Notes under the pieces: model-generated
What the model saw: only the letters and a program-made list of their open reading frames with translations
Told to the model about the DNA's origin: nothing
Databases searched by the model: none
Source of the DNA: Octopus vulgaris
Taxonomy: Eukaryota
Reading direction: 5' to 3'
Length of the DNA: 64,000 nucleotides
Assembly (NCBI GenBank): GCA_951406725.2
Contig: OX597816.1
Location: forward strand, 140,864,001 to 140,928,000
Program-made: the position numbers and the translations under genes
Shown here: in pieces, positions 12,950 through 26,693 of the stretch
Layout of the letters: each line of letters starts with the position of its first letter
How positions within the stretch are numbered: position 1 is the first letter of the stretch

Positions 12950-13540
12950 ATCATCATCATCATGTATTGTCCATGTTGTCATGGGTTGGATGGTTTGACC
13001 AGGGCTGGTAAGCTGAGGTGTTGCACCAGACTCCGGTTTGATTTGGCCTGGTTTCTATGGCTGGATGCCCTTTCTAATGCTAACCACTCCAAGAGTATAA
13101 TAGGTGCCAGTTGCATGACACCAGTATCTGCCACAACTACATTTTCATTTGGCTTGATGGGTCTTCTCAAGCACAGCATATTTCCAAAGGTCTTGGTCAT
13201 TTGTTATTGCCTCTGTGAGGCCCAATGCTCAAAAGGTGCTTTTTACATGCCACTGGCATGGGCGCCAGTTATGTAACACAACAGCCACAACTATGCTTTC
13301 ACTAGGCTTGATGGGTCTTCTCATCACATGCCACCAGCACAGGTTTTAGTTATGTGACACCAACAACAGCTACAACTATGATTTCACTTGGCTTGATGGG
13401 TCTTCTCCAGCATATTGTCAAAGGTCTCGGTTACTAGTCATTGCCCTGAGCCTCAACATTCAAAGATCATGCTTCACCATCTCATCCCATGTCTTCTTAG
13501 GTTTCCCTCCACTGTTAGAGATGGTTCTTCTTCACACAGC
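12950..13540 (-). mobile_element. RTE 3' tail fragment
   Basis: Shared block GCTGGATGCCCTT..AATGCTAACCAC and (CAT)n end. Similar tails at ~2849-3030, 19113-19510, 20790-21185, 22453-22897, 23843-24038, 30455-30620, 42325-42615, 63706-64000. Confidence 0.8.
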
Positions 13541-16500
13541 TGTCCACACTCATAGGTCTGTGGAGGGAGATGAAGAGCAACTTGTGAAATTCAATCCTTG
13601 ACTGAGGCAATCCTCAGCCACACATACATGCATGCACATACATATGCATACACACTTATGGTTTAATACATATTTAGATAGTGTAAGGGGTATAGGAGGA
13701 AAATGGCAATTAAGTGTTCAAACAGAAAAGTCTTAAATGAAAATAGAAGTTGCAATTATAAAATTGAATTTGTAACTTTGATAGAATAACTAGATTTCTC
13801 AATAGTTCAGCATAGATATTTTCCTTTTCACTGATCTTTAGCTTTATGTTAACATCTGCTGGACAGCTGATTTCCTCAACTCTACAGTTTCTCTTCTCTA
13901 TCCTAAATCACTGTCAGGTCTGTTATGTTTACATTTTATCAAGGTTTTCACTGGGAAATTCCACCCATACTCTTTATTTTGAGTGGCTATGGCTTCTACC
14001 ATACTGTGGGAGCTTATTTCTTTGGCCTCAGGGTTATCCTTCTGACAAATCTCATTGAGTAGTGTTTTTGGTATAACATGTTTCATCAATAGATAAAATG
14101 TGATGACGTTTTCGGACAGCTGCTTATGATGTAGGTGATATCTTCAGTGTGTGTGTGTATCTATGTATGTTTGTCATTATTCAGTTTATTTCAAGATTTC
14201 TTGCCATTAGAGAAAGAACCAGTTTCTAACTTAGATCCAAAGTTCCTTCATTGGAATTTCAATATCAACAGTATTTTTGTATATGTGCAGATTTGAATGT
14301 TTTGTTTTATGTATGTATTCTCATACGTATAGTTGCATATCTAGACATGCTCATATATACTTAAATGATAAATTTGATAGTTCCAGTGATTGATTAGATC
14401 TGTAGTCTTTGAATCAGCTTTCTCTTTTCTGGTTTTGAGAAACCTAATTTCTCAATATTGATATTTAGGCAGTGTTACATACTCCAGGGCCCCAATAATT
14501 ACAGGTATAAACATGTATTTAAGGTTATCATACAAGGAATGTTGCTCATATGTATGTGTCCTTCACCTAGAAGGATTCTGTGACAATAGCTTGGGGTCCC
14601 TCATTCCTAGAGGTTTTAGTGCATGCTCTGATACAAGGGTATTTATGCATTTCTGTACTTGGAATGTCATCACATATGCTATTTAATCTACAGCTGGAAC
14701 TCCGACAAGTGCTACTACCATGGGTCTGAGTAGACCTGGGAACAATAGTGGTTAAGAGGTGATTCTACACTCCTCAAAATCCTTGAACTCCCGAATCAGA
14801 GACCCACTACAGATGCAGTTCAAAGTTACTCTGATGTAAAACCTGCAGTTTCACACAATTACTGGTCATCTTCCTTCAGCCCATCATGGAAACTAACGAG
14901 TCGTACTTGTGTTGTACAAGTGTTTATCACTATAATCCAATGACACATCATTCCATTAGTGACCTCATCATTCCATCTACTGAAATTCCTGTGGTGTCGT
15001 GTGGACCAAACCAAGTGGAAGAGCACAATGAGTTACAACTTTCGTCTACTACTTATGCTTCAAACAATCCAGATCTGCAGAAAAGTCGTCCAAGAAATCG
15101 TGGATAGAAAGTCAGAAATGTTAATTAGAATGTGGAAGCTGAAGAAGACGATAATAATTAGTGTGGATAGAGCAATCTGTATGTATGTATGCATGCTTAG
15201 GAGATTGCTTTCCTCTGTTCGAGTGAGATTCGAAACCGGATTCACACACCTGTTGCTTGTCAGGCGAATGTCTGATCTTGTGTGTTTTATCTCTATATTG
15301 GGAGTGTAATGAGAAATATCTGACCTCCGAGGACCTTTGGTGGCCGTGGACTGGTCAAAACATTGTTTTAGATCTGACCTACTTCCTGATCAAACATTAT
15401 ATAACTGAGAGCATCTCTCTCTCGCCCTCTTCGGTTTTGAACCAGCTAATTGAGATCGTCTCTCTCTCTCTCTTTCTTCGATTGCAGCCGGTTAACCGAG
15501 AGCACAACATCAGGTGAATGAAAAGGGACCATGCAATTCTTACCCCTTCTTCTTCTCTGTCAATAGACAGTACTTGGCTTCCATACACAGCTTCCAACAC
15601 ACATTTTTGTCATTGTCATTTATTTACAATTACTACTAATCTGTCTTACTAACTACTTCTGGCAAATAAAGTCTGTGAATATTATTCTTTTCTTTTTGAT
15701 GTTGTTATGACGCTGCCTCATCCTACTTTCGACGATCTACTTGAAGCGACTAACGAGAGACAAGAATCGCTATTTCTACATCAAGTAACTTTTCATCTGT
15801 ACGATATGATTGGTAACTCCGACGTGACCCTGTACATTACATTTGACGGCTTCAGCGTAAGAAGTATATTTTATCGGTTTATATATATATACACACACGC
15901 CAGCAATGCTGACAGTGGTTACCTACTGGTGTTGGACAAATTTCGTCTGCTGTTGATTTTTTATGTTTCTAAGCCCTAAACCTCTATACGAAATACTCTC
16001 TCAAGACAAATCCCCGTTAACTAGTATACAAAGATTGCGCTTCGGTAATAAATTATACTGTTTCCAAAGCTAATATCTAATGTGTGTACATATCAAATGT
16101 AATTGTGCAGATTTACCCTTCATCAGGCAGTTGGGGGAAGCATGTGCGAATTAATGTAAGGGATGCAACTCCGTAGCTATTAGTTGCTTCCCTGGTGTCG
16201 GTATTTTTAATTCGTGTAATCTATCAGTTGTTTGTAGAAATGCTCCCGCATAAACGGAAGAAAATCTTAAAACTAGGAAGGTTAGTTGTTGTGTGTGTAC
16301 GTTTTTATGCAACTTATTTTTTTGCACCTTCTCAACAAGAAAATTAGCTATTTTGGTATCAGAGGGCATGTGATGACCACTAGCACAAACACTTTTATCT
16401 TAGTTTATAAAATCAAAGACCACATTTGATTAACAGTTCGATATAATTAAATGCTAGTTTCTCATTGGGTAAAAGAATAATAAAAGCATAAGGTTTTGAA

Positions 16501-17034
16501 AAAAATATTCTAACACCGTTATTTTTTTTTGTTTTGTTTTTCGAGAATTTTACATTCAAAACGGAGCAATATAGGAGGGGAAATAACTCATGTTTTTATA
16601 TTCTTCTTATCTGGCTTTCAGGGACCCAGGAATATTGTGCAATATCCTGCTGTACCCTACTGAATTGAGTAAATAGAGCCTGTTTTTTAAGTTGGTTTAT
16701 TGCATACGGTGCGTTAAAAATAGTTATGTTCTTTACTTTTTAAAGTTAATTGATGAAGCTCAAAAAATTCCCTTGTTTACAATTGTATTAGTTGTACCTG
16801 ATAAATAAAATATTCTTTTCTCCGTTTAATTTTCCTCTGATAAACACTTATGCTGTATTCATGGTAGAGTATGATATATTATAAGAATATAGGTGGATTA
16901 ATAAATATCAAAAGAGGCCTTACTTAGAAATGTACTAATATAATTCTAGGTTAATGTTTACATCTTGACCCGGAAATGAAAATAAAAAAAATATTGGAAT
17001 GGGTGTAAAACAATGTGTAGGAATCGAATATGAA

Positions 17035-17278
17035 AAAAAAAATGTGCGGAAAGGAACGGGTAGGTGAGGAGAGGACTTCGGAAACTTCACAAGATCCGAG
17101 TTTTCCCCTCATAACTTTCAGGAAAATGTTTTTTTTTTCAATGAAATGTTATAGAAATACCATTCAAACGACATACATTACGATTTTAAAGTAATTTGTG
17201 GGGAAAATCTTTTCCAAAGGGTGGGGAGATGACTTCGGAAAATTCACAAGATCCAAGTTTTTCCTCATAACTGTATAT

Positions 17279-17312
<34 letters not shown>

Positions 17313-17955
17313 GTGTGTGTATGTGTATATATATGAGTGTGTATGTATGTATATTTATATGAATATATATGTATGTATATAATGTATATATAGAGAGATT
17401 ATCTATCTCTATATAGAGAGAGAAAGAAAGTAATAACGAGTGAATGAGAATAACGACAAAGGGTTTAAAAAGCGTAAAAATAATTGAAAATGAAGCAAAA
17501 TTGAAGCCAAAGCATTAAAAATTATTGAAAGTGGGTAGAAATAAACACTACGTAACTACGCTAGGGTATCTGTAGAAAGTTGAATGTGATTTCGGAATAT
17601 AACGAGGAAAAATACGAATCTTGGGAATTTTCTGAAAGTCCTCTCCCCACCTCAAGATTTTCCCCACAAATTACTTTATAGTCATAATGTATGCCGTTTC
17701 AAAGGTATTTATATAAAATTTCATCGAAAAAAAACCCATTTCCCTAAAAGTTATGAGGGAGAAACTCGGATTTTGTAAATTTTCCTAAGTCCTCTCCCCG
17801 CTCCCTTGAAAAAGATTTTCCACACAGATTTCTTTATAATCGTAAAATATTGAAAAAAACCCCATTTTCCTAAAAGTTATGAGGGAAAAGCTCGGATCTT
17901 GTGAATTTTCCGAAGTCCTCTCCCCACCCTCCCGTTGCTTTGCATGCATTTTTCA
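17035..17955. mobile_element. Foldback-type element with long TIRs made of ~120-160-bp subrepeats
   Basis: GGAGAGGACTTCGGAAA.TTCACAAGATCCGAGTTTTCCCCTCATAACTTT occurs twice on + (17068, ~17225) and three times in reverse complement (17600-17925). Further partial units continue to ~18270. Confidence 0.75.
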
Positions 17956-18466
17956 GATAGGGCATACTACACAAGAGTGCCCTACCGAATTTGTTTATTC
18001 ATAACTTTAGGGAAAATGAATATTTTAAAATAAAATTTTCTACATAATTGCTTCTAATGATGTCGATTCCAACTATATGGAAATTTCTTTTGAAAACCAT
18101 TTTCACTCCCATCAAAGCCGAATTGTTTGAATGTTTCAAAACTGCTCTCCTGACTTGCAGAAAATGTTTTTCACAACAAATTGCAAAATAATCAGTATCA
18201 TAATCATCTGAAACGGGTTTTTTTATATAAAATTTCATTAAAAAATATTAATTTTTCTGAAAGTTAGGAAACAAATTCTGTGGGCCACAGTTGCGTAATT
18301 ATGGTTGTAAATGAACATTTATGCAAGAAAACTAATATTTTTACACACACATTCTGATATATAAACATAACACATACACATATATTTATATACCTACATA
18401 TACATACATTCCTATAGTTTTAAACATATAACTTATAGATGTATACTTTTATAATATATTACAGAT

Positions 18467-18498
<32 letters not shown>

Positions 18499-18628
18499 CT
18501 CAAAATGGCTGATGACTAGCATCATGCTTGAAACTCCAGAGTACCAATGAATTTGAATCAAACTGTTTTGATCTATATATGTAACTCCCAATAAATTGGT
18601 TGAATGCCTTCTTTCATTCGTCCACTCA

Positions 18629-18666
<38 letters not shown>

Positions 18667-19073
18667 TACACATACACACATATGAATAATGACTATATAT
18701 TTATACACACACATATATTTGTATAAATGTATGCTTGCAGTAAACCTTATGGAAGTATAAACTTAACAGATAACCTGTTTGTTTGTACAATTTCAGATAG
18801 CCACTGATTATGTGAACACTTTCTAAACTCAATATCTAATCCCTTCTAGGGATTAGGCATTGATCTCAGATGTACATCTGCATGTGTATGCTGGTATATG
18901 CATTACTGGCAGTACTTGCACTGATGGTGCACCCTGTGTCCTGAATGTCCATACATATGCATGTGTGGATGTTTGTTTACATTTCTGAAATCAATAAAAT
19001 CTGTAAAATATCTTATTCTTTACTTGGAAGAAAAAAATATTTTCAAAACACAAGAGCTTAATATTTAATTTCA

Positions 19074-19117
<44 letters not shown>

Positions 19118-19233
19118 CATCATCATCATCATCGTTTAACGTCCGTTCTCCATGCTAGCATGGGCTGGACGGTTCGACCGGGGGATCTGGGAAGCCAGAA
19201 GGCTGCACCAGGCTCCGGTCTTATCTGGCAAAG

Positions 19234-19517
19234 TTTCTACAGCTGGATGCCCTTCCTAACGCCAGGTCCAACATTTCTCTCAGGGTACTAACACTCTGTC
19301 GAGCATGCACACTGACATTACACATCCATCGGAGCATACTGGCTTCATTTCTCACAAGCTTATGCATGTCCTCAGCAGTCACGGCCCATATTTTCCTGCC
19401 ATGTAGCATGGCTGTTCGTACACATGCATCATACAGTCTGCCTTTTACTCTGAGTGAGAGGCCTTTAGTCACCAGCAGAGGTAAGAGCTCCCTAAACTTT
19501 GCCCAGGCTACATATAT

Positions 19518-19584
<67 letters not shown>

Positions 19585-19615
19585 AGCATAGAAGGTGAAC
19601 ATTAAATGATGATGA

Positions 19616-19651
<36 letters not shown>

Positions 19652-20159
19652 ATATGATTTAACTTATCAAACACAGTTCAACAAATTCATTATGTAAATG
19701 GATATTTATGTAAATGTAAGATGCTAAAATGGATTATAGTTTTTATTTCTTATGTTGCTATATAATTTGTTTCATACAGAAAGACAGGGATATTCAGAAA
19801 GTACTCGTTGGTAGCTAAGATGAAAACTAAAAAGACATTAGAATTACATGGGTATGGTGTTATTAATCATTTTGTAATGTGTTCTTGTTCTTGGAGTTAT
19901 GTCTATTTTAAACAAGACTTAATAACACCATAAACTTAGAACTTAGATATGTTTCGACCAGAGATTGGTCCAGGCCATGTCTAACTTAATAGCACCACCT
20001 GTATTCTTTCAGTTTCTGTCTATCAAATCCACTCACAAGGCTTTGGTTGGCCTGAGGCTATAGTAGAAGACACTTGCCAAAAAGTGCCACGCAGTGGGAC
20101 TGAACCTGGAACCATGTGGTTAGTAAGCAAGCTACTTATCACACAGCCACTCCTGCATC

Positions 20160-20197
<38 letters not shown>

Positions 20198-21191
20198 ATA
20201 ATAATAATATTAGGGAGTAAATCCAAACTTACAGGGAAAAATTAGATTTAGGATTAAATCTAATTTTATAGTATAAATATATATTATATTAAATTAGAGA
20301 TAAAACCACTATTAGGCAAATCAAACAGTGAAAATCATAAGCCAATACATAGAAATAAAATTAATTAAAAAATATGTAAAAAATATAAAATATAAAATAT
20401 AAAAATCCAATTAAAATTTTAAAAAAATTTATTTAAATTAATAATTTAAACTTATAAATTAAAATATATATATATTTTTATTATTATTTTATTTAATTTT
20501 TTCTTTTTTCTTTTTAATACTATCAAAAAGTATTAAAAGTTTAAATAAATAAAAAAATAATTAAATAAAATAATAATAAAAATATATATATATTTGTAAG
20601 TTTAAATTATTAATTTAAATCATTTTTTAAAAAATTTTAACTTTAATTTAAATATTTTAATTGGATTTTTATATTTTATATTTTATATTTTTTATATATT
20701 TTTTAATAAATTTTATTTCTACGTATTGGCTTATGATTTCCACTTGTTTGATTTGCCTAATAGTGGTTTTATCTCTAATTTAATATAATCATCATCATCA
20801 TCATCATCATCGTTTAACGTCCGCTTTCCATGCTAGCATGGGTTGGACGGTTCAACTGGGGTCTGGCAAGCCCGAAGGCTGCACCAGGCCAGTCAGATCT
20901 GGCAGTGTTTCTACAGCTGGATGCCCTTCCTAACGCCAGGTCCAACATTTCTCTCAGGGTACTAACACTCTGTCGAGCATGCACACTGACATTACACATC
21001 CATCGGAGCATACTGGCTTCATTTCTCACAAGCTTATGCATGTCCTCAGCAGTCACGGCCCATATTTTCCTGCCATGTAGCATGGCTGTTCGTACACATG
21101 CATCATACAGTCTGCCTTTTACTCTGAGTGAGAGGCCTTTAGTCACCAGCAGAGGTAAGAGCTCCCTAAACTTTGCCCAGGCTACATATAT

Positions 21192-21254
<63 letters not shown>

Positions 21255-21825
21255 AGCATAGAAGGTGAACATTAAATGATGATGATATTTATATATATAT
21301 ATATATATATATAAAGTATATGATTTAACTTATCAAACACAGTTCAACAAATTCATTATGTAAATGGATATTTATGTAAATGTAAGATGCTAAAATGGAT
21401 TATAGTTTTTATTTCTTATGTTGCTATATAATTTGTTTCATACAGAAAGACAGGGATATTCAGAAAGTACTCGTTGGTAGCTAAGATGAAAACTAAAAAG
21501 ACATTAGAATTACATGGGTATGGTGTTATTAATCATTTTGTAATGTGTTCTTGTTCTTGGAGTTATGTCTATTTTAAACAAGACTTAATAACACCATAAA
21601 CTTAGAACTTAGATATGTTTCGACCAGAGATTGGTCCAGGCCATGTCTAACTTAATAGCACCACCTGTATTCTTTCAGTTTCTGTCTATCAAATCCACTC
21701 ACAAGGCTTTGGTTGGCCTGAGGCTATAGTAGAAGACACTTGCCAAAAAGTGCCACGCAGTGGGACTGAACCTGGAACCATGTGGTTAGTAAGCAAGCTA
21801 CTTATCACACAGCCACTCCTGCATC

Positions 21826-21860
<35 letters not shown>

Positions 21861-22601
21861 AATAATAATAATATTAGGGAGTAAATCCAAACTTACAGGG
21901 AAAAATTAGATTTAGGATTAAATCTAATTTTATAGTATAAATATATATTATATTAAATTAGAGATAAAACCACTATTAGGCAAATCAAACAGTGAAAATC
22001 ATAAGCCAATACATAGAAATAAAATTAATTAAAAAATATGTAAAAAATATAAAATATAAAATATAAAAATCCAATTAAAATTTTAAAAAATTTATTTAAA
22101 TTAATAATTTAAACTTATAAATTAAAATATATATATATTTTTATTATTATTTTATTTAATTTTTTCTTTTTTCTTTTTAATACTATCAAAAAGTATTAAA
22201 AGTTTAAATAAATAAAAAAATAATTAAATAAAATAATAATAAAAATATATATATATTTGTAAGTTTAAATTATTAATTTAAATCATTTTTTAAAAAATTT
22301 TAACTTTAATTTAAATATTTTAATTGGATTTTTATATTTTATATTTTATATTTTTTATATATTTTTTAATAAATTTTATTTCTACGTATTGGCTTATGAT
22401 TTCCACTTGTTTGATTTGCCTAATAGTGGTTTTATCTCTAATTTAATATAATCATCATCATCATCATCATCATCGTTTAACGTCCGCTTTCCATGCTAGC
22501 ATGGGTTGGACGGTTCAACTGGGGTCTGGCAAGCCCGAAGGCTGCACCAGGCCAGTCAGATCTGGCAGTGTTTCTACAGCTGGATGCCCTTCCTAACGCC
22601 A
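19234..22601. repeat. ~1.67-kb tandem duplication (two near-identical units)
   Basis: 19265-20938 matches 20939-22601; the differences I can see are (TA)n and homopolymer lengths. Confidence 0.95.
20283..20789. repeat. ~500-bp extremely AT-rich imperfect palindrome (second copy 21947-22452)
   Basis: ATTATATTAAATTAGAGATAAAACCACTATTAGGCAAATCAAACA pairs with TGTTTGATTTGCCTAATAGTGGTTTTATCTCTAATTTAATATAAT; centre ~20525. Confidence 0.9.
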
Positions 22602-23302
22602 ACCACTCCGAGAGTGTAGTGGGTGATTTTATGTGCCACCAACACAGGTGCCAGACGAGGCTGGCAGACGGCCACGCTCTGATGGTGTTTTTTATGTGCC
22701 ACCGACACAGGTGCCAGACGAGGCTGGCGAACGGCCACGCTCGGATGGTGTTTGTTACGTGCCCTCAGCACGGAGGCCAGTCGATGCGGTACTGGCTACG
22801 GTCACGTTCGGATGGTTTTCTTATGTGCCACCGGCACTGGTACCACAAGGATACAAATTCCATTGATGTTCATCTATTTTGGTTTGATTTGATTTGAAAT
22901 ATATTTTACTCTTTTCAGACATTTGACTGTGGCCATGCCGGAACACTGCCTTTAGTCAAGCAAATTGACTCCAGGACTTATTCTTTGTAAGCCTAGTACT
23001 TATTCTATCGGTCTCTTTTTGCCGAACCACTAAGTTACGGGGGACGTAAACACACCAGCATCGGTTGTCAAGCGATATTGGGGGGACAAATACAGACGCA
23101 CAAACATATACACACACGCATACATATATATATATCTACAAAGGACTTCTTTCAGTTTCTGTCTACCAAATCCACTCACAAGGCTTTGGTCGGCCTGAGG
23201 CTATAGTAGAAGACACTTGCCCAAAGGTGCCACGTAGTGGGACTGAACCTGGAACCATGTGGTTGGTAATCAAGCTACTTATCACACAGCCACTCCTGCA
23301 TC

Positions 23303-23333
<31 letters not shown>

Positions 23334-23597
23334 GCAGTGGTTATTTTAAGCAGTGTCGATTTTTACAATTCTGTAAATAATAATAATAATAGTATTTTAT
23401 AAGCTTAAAGCTTATAAGTAATCAGCGCGCAATGACTAAAGAAAATAGTCAAATAATGGGCCATATAAGCCCTTGACAGACTAAAGTAAGTTTACTCATA
23501 TGCGTGGGGCTCAAACCCACACCCCTTTGTTTATGCGACCAAGTGTGCATCTGTTACACCAATGCACAAACTTGCTTCTTTTGGAGGGCATTTGCTA

Positions 23598-23642
<45 letters not shown>

Positions 23643-23790
23643 CATAATAGTATTTTATAAGCTTAAAGCTTATAAGGGATCACAGCACAATGACTTTTCC
23701 TGCTGAGGGCTTATATGCCCCATTATTAGACTATTTTCTTTAGTCATTGCACGGTAATCCCTTATAAACTTTAACCTTATAAAATACTAT

Positions 23791-23846
<56 letters not shown>

Positions 23847-24121
23847 CAGGTGGCACGTAAAAAGCACCCACTACACTCGCGGAGTGGTTGGCGTTAGGAA
23901 GGGCATCCAGCTGTAGAAACACTGCCAGATCTGACTGGGCCTGACGAAGCCTTCCAGCTTCACAGACCCCAGTTGACCCGTCCAACCCATGCTAGCATGG
24001 AAAACGGACGCTAAACGATGATGATGATGATGATGATGATATGTATGTATGTGACCGCATGTGTACCGTTGGCGAATTTTTTTCCTCCATCCTCCCTTCT
24101 CTAGATCTTTCCTTTTTCTAT

Positions 24122-24156
24122 GTTTCTGACGAAGAGATCCACTCGAAACGTAAAAC
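24122..24156 (+). ncRNA. Minimal type I hammerhead ribozyme (PLE-type)
   Basis: GTTT-CTGACGA-A-GAG atcca CTC-GAAA-C G-TA-AAAC: stem I GTTT/AAAC, intact core, stem II GAG/CTC, palindromic ACGT stem III. It lies in a ~180-bp repeat (24069-24245) also present at 55645-55832(-). Confidence 0.7.
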
Positions 24157-25980
24157 CCTCCTTCTTCCCTTCCTTCCTGAGCATCCAATAATACTATATT
24201 TGTTCCATGTTCTCACGTTGTTGTGTTTTCATGTTTGGATTAACTATATATATATACATACATACATACATATACATATATATATATTATTATTATATAT
24301 ATTACGTATATATTATTATATATATATATATATATGTTATTATATATATATATATAATATTGTATATATATATTATATATATATATATAATACTACCAAA
24401 CGCCTCCTGTCCATTGGATGGTTTGTTTAGATGAAGGGGTTAACTTGAATAGTGTTATGGAAGTTTTAATCATCTGAGGGACAGGCCATAAGGATTACAA
24501 AAATAACGATTCTCACTTTGAAATTGACAGTTTTGAAAATCTTTTTAGATTACGGTACACTCCACTCTCTCATGTATTCATGTTTAAAATTTCAGCGTGA
24601 TCAGATGAACAATACTTGAGTTTTAAGCGCACAAACAGACAGACAGAATGGGATTTATATATTATATTATATATATATATATGAGAGATTTCTTTCAGTT
24701 TCTATGAACTAACTATGAACTAAGTTCACTTGCAAGGCTTTAGTTTGCTTGGTGTTATAGTAGGAGTTACTTGCTTAAGATGCAACACTGTAGGTCTGAA
24801 CCTGAAACCATGTAGTGTGGGTGTGTATTCTCAAACACTAGATAAGTACTAAACATGAACAGAAAATCAAAGCAAACCATGGAAAAGTCCAAAGTGGAAA
24901 CACCATTTTCCAATATTAATGTATGTATGTATATATATACATATTATGTATGTATGTATACATATATGTATATATCATCAATTTACAAGCTTAAATCAGT
25001 GTTTATGATATTTCAATCAAATCTCTAAATAGCATTTTAAATTATAATAAAAGTGTATTTTTGTCATTCATTTTTATTATTCTACATTTATTCAAGTTGG
25101 AAAAGGGTACGGTTTTAAGTGATACTATTATGGAAGTGAAGAACACTGAATATTGAGGTGATGGAAATTTTAGAATGAAGAATGATATAAAGTTGTTTTG
25201 AAATGTAAGTCATACTTTTAAACAAAATGATCATATCGCTCTGTGAGCAGAAAAAGTAAGATCAGTCTGGTTAGTTTTTACTTTTCATAGTGCGTCATTA
25301 AAGAAAGAAAGACCAACCCCATCTTCTCATCTACAGTGTAACCCCTTTGGTTACTTTTCACAGAATTCGAAAGGTATAGCTTACACTTCAGACTATTAAA
25401 AACTGTTATATAGTACACAATGAATTTATTGATCAAGTCTTATCTTCATAAAGCTGACCAGAATACAGAGGAATTATTAATGTCTGCAAATTTTCAAAAT
25501 GCATATTGAAAAATTAAGTGAACAAAAAGAATGGAGGATTAACCTTGAGCCAGTCATACATTGTCTGTTTTCTCTGGTATTAATAGAAAATATAGAAGCA
25601 AAAGATTTTGCTTCTACAGCTGAACACAGCTGTAGAATAAAACACAACAAATACTACTGATTAAATAATATTTATAATTTATAATGTTGTCCATGGATTA
25701 CAAAATGTTGAATTGATTTGAATTAATAGTTAATTAGAAATAAAAATGGTTTTATCAGATTTAAGTCTTTGTATGATAGAGGCTTACTTCAAGTGTTTGT
25801 ACAATGTTTAAAGGATAATAGCAGGAAATTATTGTATTCATGACCAAAAGATTAAAATAATCAATAATCCATGTCCAAAATATTTCTAACTTAGTTTTAG
25901 TTTAAATTTGGATGTTAGAAACAGAAAAGAACTGTTTAAGTTGTCCAGAATTAGCACAGCGGCAACTGTACATCATAAAA

Positions 25981-26023
<43 letters not shown>

Positions 26024-26693
26024 CACAGATTGCATTAAATGGTGTGTGTGTATGTGTGTGTATATATATATATATATATATACACATATATACATATATG
26101 TGTGTGTGTGTGTAATTTTCTGGTAAGATGATAACAAGAGCTATAATAATAATACTAATTATAAATATTTTGTAAGTTTTTCTGGTTGTTTTTAGGTTAG
26201 CAATAAAGAATTTTAGTTGATCCTTTAGTCAAGAAGAAAAAAAATTATTCATAGTGGATATTTAAAAAAGGAAATGTTGCAGAATTAATATTGTCCAAAC
26301 TGTAAACCTGTTGTTTATATTTTAGTAAAAGCTTTTTAAAGAGATAAAACCCATTATAATTGAATAATTAGAGTTTTCTGGGTCAAAGGAAGTACTCCTT
26401 GAGTTAAGAGCTGTGTAATTAAGTTGTTTGAATGGAAACAAAAATCATTGAAGTATTGGTTATTTAGTCATTAATGAATGTAACAGACACCCGCACTCTC
26501 TCTTTCTCATTGTTTGGTCTCCATTTCAAACACTGAACAACTGTAGAAAGCCTTCTTTCTCCCTCTTTTGCTTTCTCTCCCTTTCTCATTTACTCTCTCT
26601 TTCTCTCACTCTTTCTCTCTCCTTCTCTTTCCTTGTACTCTCTCTCTCTGATTTTATATAAAGTTTAATCATTAACTTTTAAGTGAATCTGAT

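Noticed and set aside
15150-15841. CpG-richer stretch as a solo LTR (TGTAATG at 15305 ... CATTACA at 15841, AATAAA at 15665)
   Set aside because: No target-site duplication, primer-binding site or second copy is visible; cannot be supported.
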